From: a virus
Taxonomy: Duplodnaviria > Caudoviricetes
Direction: 5' to 3' (one strand)
Virus record (IMG/VR): IMGVR_UViG_3300015370_001131
Location: 1 to 32,990 of that record
DNA: 32,990 nucleotides
This document shows positions 28,495-32,990 of this stretch, one piece after another. The translations under genes were made by a program, and so were the position numbers. Positions within the stretch are counted from its first letter, which is position 1, and each line of letters opens with the position of its first letter. Below the pieces are notes generated by a model, which had not been told where the DNA came from, did no database searches, and saw nothing but the letters and a program-made list of their open reading frames with translations.

Positions 28495-28588
28495 GTAGTA
28501 CCTGCCATGTTTAGCATCTGAAACGCTTTAGGAACGACCCGCTTTCGGGCATAATCGCATGTGGCGTGATTCGAATCGTTATGGGAGC

Positions 28589-28985
28589 TTACGGTATAAG
28601 GGCGCCGCCGTCAGCAAAATCTTGCTTAGGGAATTGGGAGAACGATTGCCCAAGATTTGCTGGGCCGGTCTGACAGGCGGGCGGGGACGAGATGAGGCTG
28701 TTCACGAGCGCCCGCTCCTGCTGCTCTCCCGCTTGTTCCAGCAATGCCACGATAGCAGAAACCCGCGCCCTGCTCACCCCACACATCCTTGCCACGGCCG
28801 CCAGGTCCGCCACTTCCCCAGAGCGAACCAGCCCGTCGATCCAATAGGCCAGCGCCAGGTTCCTGGCTCGGCGTGCCGCCCGGTCCTGACTCTGCCGCAG
28901 CTTGGCTCGACCCACGGACACAGACGTCGGCTCAGGGCGCGTCCTGGCACCGCGACCTTGACCTCGACCCTCAGGGCCGCGGAGC
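28589..28985 (-). pseudogene. Frameshifted copy 2 of the recombinase-coupled HTH gene
   Basis: AALRVEVKV..GR in one frame; QDRAARRARNLALAYWIDGLVRSGEVADLAAVARMCGVSRARVS in the next (ORF 28589-28921). Confidence 0.85.
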
Positions 28986-29008
28986 GGACCGCCAGGTTGA
29001 GTGGCATA

Positions 29009-29752
29009 CTAGGTTTCTATGCGCGAGACCGGGGGGTACGGGAACTCAAGTGCTAGCCCCTCCCAGTCTAGCACCCAGACCCGCCGAAAGGGACCCAATC
29101 CGCGTTCACGAAGGAGTTTGACTAGGGCATTTAAATACTGACGATCGTGACCCCAAGCAAGTCCTCCAAAATGTGCCAGAAGCTCGATGGGGCAGTCGGT
29201 TTCGTAAAACTTTGAGAGCTTCGAAGAAAAGGCCGCCATCGGTACGGTCGGGTCGAAACTGCCACCAAGGTTGAAGTTCACGGCGCCCGGGTCATTGAGC
29301 CGCCCGGCGAAGCATACCTTTATGACCGCGCCAGCGACAGTGGGCGAGAATGAAACGAACTCATCGTTAGTCGGTGTCGCCGACAGTAGTTCTATAAGGA
29401 GAGCCGGTAGTATGGTCTTGATTCTGACTAGGGAGGCCTCGGGCCTGAAGTAGAACCTAAGAGGTCTGTTGACGAAGCGGCGTTCGAAAGAATTGCGCGA
29501 CGGTGCATCAAGCCCGTTGTATGCATCCATGATTGCGTTGTGGATTCGCTGGGCAGAGAACATGAACCGCGCATTGGCAGGATTGCAGATCTCGACCAAC
29601 TCAAAGGCCACGGAGCCACCCGTTGCCAAACCGCATCGTACGTCAGGTTCTGGTGGAAACCGCTTCTCGATAGTCGCAGGCAGAACTGGGAGCCCCGCAA
29701 TCTCAACGAAGTGGCGGAATATTCTAATTTCGTCTTCAGATTGATCAACCAT
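29009..29752 (-). CDS. Hypothetical protein, PD-(D/E)xK-like nuclease candidate
   Basis: Clean ORF (ATG 29752, or GTG 29767); 'E..IF..F...PPEPDVRC......AFELVEI' resembles a PD..E nuclease core. Confidence 0.6.
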   Translation of the reverse strand: MVDQSEDEIRIFRHFVEIAGLPVLPATIEKRFPPEPDVRCGLATGGSVAFELVEICNPANARFMFSAQRIHNAIMDAYNGLDAPSRNSFERRFVNRPLRFYFRPEASLVRIKTILPALLIELLSATPTNDEFVSFSPTVAGAVIKVCFAGRLNDPGAVNFNLGGSFDPTVPMAAFSSKLSKFYETDCPIELLAHFGGLAWGHDRQYLNALVKLLRERGLGPFRRVWVLDWEGLALEFPYPPVSRIET

Positions 29753-30224
29753 GAAAGTACTGGCCACCTAACTGGCGTTCGGCCGCTCCACGGATACTGA
29801 GTTCAAGGTCGAAACGCGTCTGGATACCTTCGGGTCGCTCAAGTAGCCGGTCGCGGTATTCCGCCGGTAGCGCGGATTGGACCGAACTCTCAAATCGCAT
29901 TCACAATGGAGACTCGACGTGCCAACCTGCGTTCCGCGCGAAAGACTAGTCCAGATAGCTTCGAGTGGGCAGCAAGCGTACATGACAGGGCAGCCGCTGT
30001 CCAGTCGGAGGTCAGTGCAGTCCGGTGGGGGCATTCGAAAGGGTTCGCGGGTTGCCGCGCTCGGCAGGTCCGATATCGTGGCAGCTCTGTGGTAGGTGGT
30101 GTTGCCGCGCGAGCGGCCGCAGAGGCGCGTCGCCCTGGTCAGGTACCGGAGACGGGGCAAAGTGAAGCAGGGTTGGCGGGTCTGTCTGCGAGAATCCAAT
30201 CCTGAACCCTCCGTACCGGCAGGA

Positions 30225-30375
30225 AGTGCATGCCGCAGAGCTTTTGTCAGGCGCGCCCGGGAGACTCGGCTTAGCTTTGCGGCGGACGTCAGATCGGCCA
30301 CCTCCCGCTCCTGACCAGATGGTCGATCCAATAGGCCAACGCCAAGTCCCTGGCCCGGCTGGCGGCTCGGTCTCT
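30225..30375 (-). pseudogene. Truncated, frameshifted copy 3 of the recombinase-coupled HTH gene
   Basis: DRAASRARDLALAYWIDHLVRS, 1-nt frameshift, EVADLTSAAKLSRVSRARLTKAL. Confidence 0.85.
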
Positions 30376-30401
30376 CATACCGCTTCAAAACCCCTCCATT
30401 T

Positions 30402-30463
30402 CCTAATAACGCATGAATTAGGCTGAGCCTCGAAGCGATTTCGGTCTGAATGAATTGTCAGAG
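30402..30463 (-). other. Degenerate short (~60 bp) integron attC site
   Basis: Minus strand reads CTCTGACAATTCATTCAGACCGAAATCGCTTCGAGGCTCAGCCTAATTCATGCGTTATTAGG. This closely follows the aadA/Xanthomonas-type attC pattern as I recall it (CTAACAATTCATTCAAGCCGA...GCTTCG...CGGCTTAATTCA.GCGTTAG). Lies just after a gene stop. Confidence 0.7.
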
Positions 30464-30479
30464 CCTGCGCTCGCCAAGG

Positions 30480-30767
30480 TTAGCTCTCGGGTATAAGGTC
30501 GCCGAAGGCCCACAAAAAGGTTCCGAATATAGTTGCGGAATAGACGATGTGCATGAGGCGCTGTTTCAGGGTAATGCCGCTGCTAAGCTTGCGCGTGAAT
30601 TTTTCTGGGTTTGCGAACATGTAACCCTGCAGAAATACCGCCATTCCAACTAAAGTGCCTCCGATCCGACCGGGCCAACCAATGTCTCCGACAAGGGATG
30701 TGAGTAACGAAGCAAGACCAAAGCTGCCAAAGACGAGCAGCGCAGAAAGAATGGCGCTGTAGATCAT
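30480..30767 (-). CDS. Small membrane protein (about 3 TM), 95 aa
   Basis: ATG MIYSAILSALL after GGGAG; three hydrophobic segments. Confidence 0.7.
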   Translation of the reverse strand: MIYSAILSALLVFGSFGLASLLTSLVGDIGWPGRIGGTLVGMAVFLQGYMFANPEKFTRKLSSGITLKQRLMHIVYSATIFGTFLWAFGDLIPES

Positions 30768-30785
30768 TGCGAATGCTCCCTGTGG

Positions 30786-30845
30786 GCTCGATCGTTGACG
30801 ATCAACCACCGTCGAGGGTGGGCGGCTGAAACGGCAGGGATGGCG
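30786..30845 (-). other. Eroded attC-like hairpin between two cargo genes
   Basis: Minus strand TTTCAGCCGCC-caccctcgac-GGTGGTTGA then TCGTCAACGATCGAGC; stem pairs with G-T wobbles; R boxes are mutated. Confidence 0.35.
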
Positions 30846-31347
30846 TCGCCGCCTCCCCGGGATAGGCATGTAACCAAAGCTCGATTGGCGATAGACCAGC
30901 AAAGCTCTCGGCTACAAGTCGTACTAGCTTAGCGGCCTTGTCAACTTCATACCCGTACAGCAAGTAGATCGCGCGCTCGTAACCGACCTTAGTACGAAAC
31001 AGGGATAACTTTCTCAAGTCGTCCTCGATCCCGGAGCGTTTCGCATTGGATGATTTAACCTCTATGATTATTTTGTTGCCGGCCATGTGCCCTGGCTGAT
31101 GGACAAGAAGGTCAGGTTTAGCAAAATCAGCACCGAGTTTCTTAAGGATTGGGTGGGCGGCTTTATCGAGTTCACCATTCAGGCAATACTGTGTGTCTGC
31201 CGGCCATAAGCACCGGAGTTGGTGGTACAGTTCATAGCAGTACACCCGCTCCCGATAGACCGGATCACCTCCGTCCAGCTCAATATGAAAGTAAAGCGGG
31301 GCAATCTGCTTAGTAGAAACCTTGAGAAGATCCGTGAATTCGTGCAT
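30802..31347 (-). CDS. Putative PD-(D/E)xK nuclease, 181 aa
   Basis: ATG after AAGGAG; 'YRERVYCYELYHQLR...NGELDK...KPDLLVH......IIIEVK'. Confidence 0.7.
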   Translation of the reverse strand: MHEFTDLLKVSTKQIAPLYFHIELDGGDPVYRERVYCYELYHQLRCLWPADTQYCLNGELDKAAHPILKKLGADFAKPDLLVHQPGHMAGNKIIIEVKSSNAKRSGIEDDLRKLSLFRTKVGYERAIYLLYGYEVDKAAKLVRLVAESFAGLSPIELWLHAYPGEAATPSLPFQPPTLDGG

Positions 31348-31455
31348 TGGTTCTCCTTGAATGCCTAACCAGGGCCACCCGGATCCATATATTGTAAGAA
31401 TTCCGCGACGCAACCCGTGCAGTGGAATCAATGGGTGCCGGTAGTGGCTGATATT

Positions 31456-31863
31456 CTATTCCCATGAGGGGCTTCCGAATGCGGCGGATGGTACACCAGT
31501 TGGCCGGTAAGGTAAAGAAGAGATGGAATGAAGGGCGAATTTGGAGGGCGCTGCCAATTTCTTCAGGGGGGCGCGACTACCGACAAGTTTCTCCTGTTCT
31601 GCTGCAGGTATCCCCAGCATCCCCACGACATTGCTGACCCTCGCCCGAGATACTCTGCACATTCTGGCCACGGCCGCCAGGTCTGCGACCTTCCCGGACC
31701 GAACGAGCTCGTCGATCCAATAGGCGAGCGCGAGGTTCCTGGCCCGCCGTGCCGCCCGGTCCTGCCGCTGGCGCTCAGCTTTGGCCCCGGGGGCCGGCTT
31801 GGGGGCGGGGCGGCGGCCAGCCAGCTGGACCTTGAACTCGACCCTCAAGGCATCGTCGTTCAC
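31456..31863 (-). CDS. Small HTH-like protein coupled to the serine recombinase (intact copy 4), 135 aa
   Basis: GTGA overlap with the recombinase stop; 'ARNLALAYWIDELVRSGKVADLAAVARMCRVSRARVS' is HTH-like. Confidence 0.8.
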   Translation of the reverse strand: MNDDALRVEFKVQLAGRRPAPKPAPGAKAERQRQDRAARRARNLALAYWIDELVRSGKVADLAAVARMCRVSRARVSNVVGMLGIPAAEQEKLVGSRAPLKKLAAPSKFALHSISSLPYRPTGVPSAAFGSPSWE

Positions 31864-32990
31864 CGTAGTGCCTCCTGTGCCTTCGCCACCTCGTCGGCCA
31901 GCGAGCGGATTCCGGTGGGTTTGAAGGTGATGGCCAGAGTTCCTGCAGTGGCGTCGAAGTCGATCCTTTCGATCAGCAGGTTGATGACCCGTTCCTGCTC
32001 CCGGGGGAACAGACAGCCCCAGACCTCATCGAACAGGGCAAGGCTGCGGGCGAGGTGCCGCTTGTCGATGGTTTGGTCTCTCAGGACAGCAAGCTCCCGT
32101 GCGATTTCCTCGAGGCGGGCCTGGATGCGCCCGATTTGCTCTCGGTCCTCATCCCGCCCCGTGTCAATCAGCCTGGCCAGTTCTCGGTCCAGCCTCCGCT
32201 GTTCGGCAGCCAGCTGGGGTGTGCGGCTCTTCTGGATGCTGCGAATCTGCTCCAGAGTCCCGGCAACCAAGTCGGGGTCCCTGCCGATGGCCTTGATCCG
32301 CGCCACCACGGCATCCTCGATCTGCTGGGCCGGCAGGGAGGGATGCGGGCACAACTTCCAGCCGTTGCGCGTGGCGTTGGTGCAGACGTAGTACCGGAAC
32401 GCCCGGCCATTCTTGCGGGTCACACTCGGCGACATGGCGCAGCCGCAGGCCGTGCAATGCAGCAGGCCGCGCAGGAGATGCCCGTAGCGGTTCTTGGCTT
32501 TCGCCCCACTGCTGACGTTGTTCTGGGCGAGCAGGGCTTGGACGCGGTCGTAGAGGTCCACAGGGACGATCCCGGGGTGCTCGCCGTCATAGATTTGCCC
32601 GTGGTGGGACACCCGGCCCACGTACAGCGGATTGCCGAGCAGCCTGGACAGGTTGGACTTCTGGAACGGCACGCCCTCGTGGAACGTCCCTCCCTTCGTG
32701 GCCCAGGACTTGGTCCGCCAGCCGCGGCGGTTGAGCTCCCGGGCCAACAGCTGCAGTGACCTCAGATCCAGGTAAAGGGTGAAGATCTGCCGGACTGTCT
32801 CGGCTTCCTCCTCGTTCACCACCAGCCGCCCACCGCCGGGGTGGACGTCGTAGCCCAGGACCGGGAAACCGCCGGTCCATTTCCCCTTCTTGCGGGCCGC
32901 GGACATCTTGTCCCGGGTCCGGTCGGCGATCATCTCCCGTTCGAACTGGGCGAAGCTGAGCAGGACGTTCAGCATCAGCCGCCCGCTCGA
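31860..32990 (-). CDS. Large serine recombinase (integrase), 5' end outside the window
   Basis: 'GRLMLNVLLSFAQFERE.I.DR', recombinase domain 'NPLYVG...GEH..IV', Zn ribbon 'C..CG..M...YYVC...C', coiled coil. Frame is open to the window edge. Confidence 0.95.
   Translation of the reverse strand, partial: SSGRLMLNVLLSFAQFEREMIADRTRDKMSAARKKGKWTGGFPVLGYDVHPGGGRLVVNEEEAETVRQIFTLYLDLRSLQLLARELNRRGWRTKSWATKGGTFHEGVPFQKSNLSRLLGNPLYVGRVSHHGQIYDGEHPGIVPVDLYDRVQALLAQNNVSSGAKAKNRYGHLLRGLLHCTACGCAMSPSVTRKNGRAFRYYVCTNATRNGWKLCPHPSLPAQQIEDAVVARIKAIGRDPDLVAGTLEQIRSIQKSRTPQLAAEQRRLDRELARLIDTGRDEDREQIGRIQARLEEIARELAVLRDQTIDKRHLARSLALFDEVWGCLFPREQERVINLLIERIDFDATAGTLAITFKPTGIRSLADEVAKAQEALR

Larger units (their letters stand above)
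1..32990. mobile_element. Siphovirus-like prophage (partial) with defence-like accessory region and serine integrase
   Basis: Head, tail and lysis genes, excisionase-like HTH and serine recombinase. Boundaries, terminase and replication genes are not visible; that both halves belong to one element is inferred. Confidence 0.8.

Noticed and set aside
28548-28586. GGGCATAATCG...CGTTATGGG as an attC upstream of DUF4041
   Set aside because: Too short (about 39 bp) and lacks L boxes; not distinguishable from chance.
29768-30388. 206-aa minus-strand ORF
   Set aside because: It is the frameshifted half of HTH copy 3 running on into non-coding-looking sequence.
26614-31863. Repeated segments as a CRISPR array or DGR template/variable repeats
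   Set aside because: The repeats are gene-length, kilobases apart and differ at synonymous sites rather than only at adenines; no cas or reverse transcriptase gene is present.

Overview
The window holds most of a high-GC siphovirus-like prophage plus its accessory region. Bases 1-15177 (minus strand) carry a prohead protease-major capsid fusion, neck genes, major tail protein, a frameshifting tail chaperone, tape measure and tail-tip genes. A symmetric 90-bp spacer with a perfect 33-bp palindrome separates this from a plus-strand arm (15268-19574): gpW-like gene, lambda-type portal, two exported proteins and a lysis cassette (membrane protein, GH108 endolysin, 3TM holin). No terminase is visible. 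From about 19.6 to 31.4 kb lies a visibly less GC-biased defence-like region: excisionase-type HTH, tyrosine-recombinase remnant, HTH-fused Zn-ribbon methyltransferase with a putative endonuclease, a GT2 glycosyltransferase, an Mrr-domain protein, DUF4041/T5orf172 and two PD-(D/E)xK-like proteins. The window ends inside a large serine recombinase. The most striking feature is that the small HTH gene coupled to the recombinase occurs four times in the same orientation (one intact, three decayed), each copy followed by different cargo. Several cargo genes also carry eroded integron attC-like ends, suggesting a polarised cargo-accretion array. Family assignments come from motif recognition only; no searches were run.
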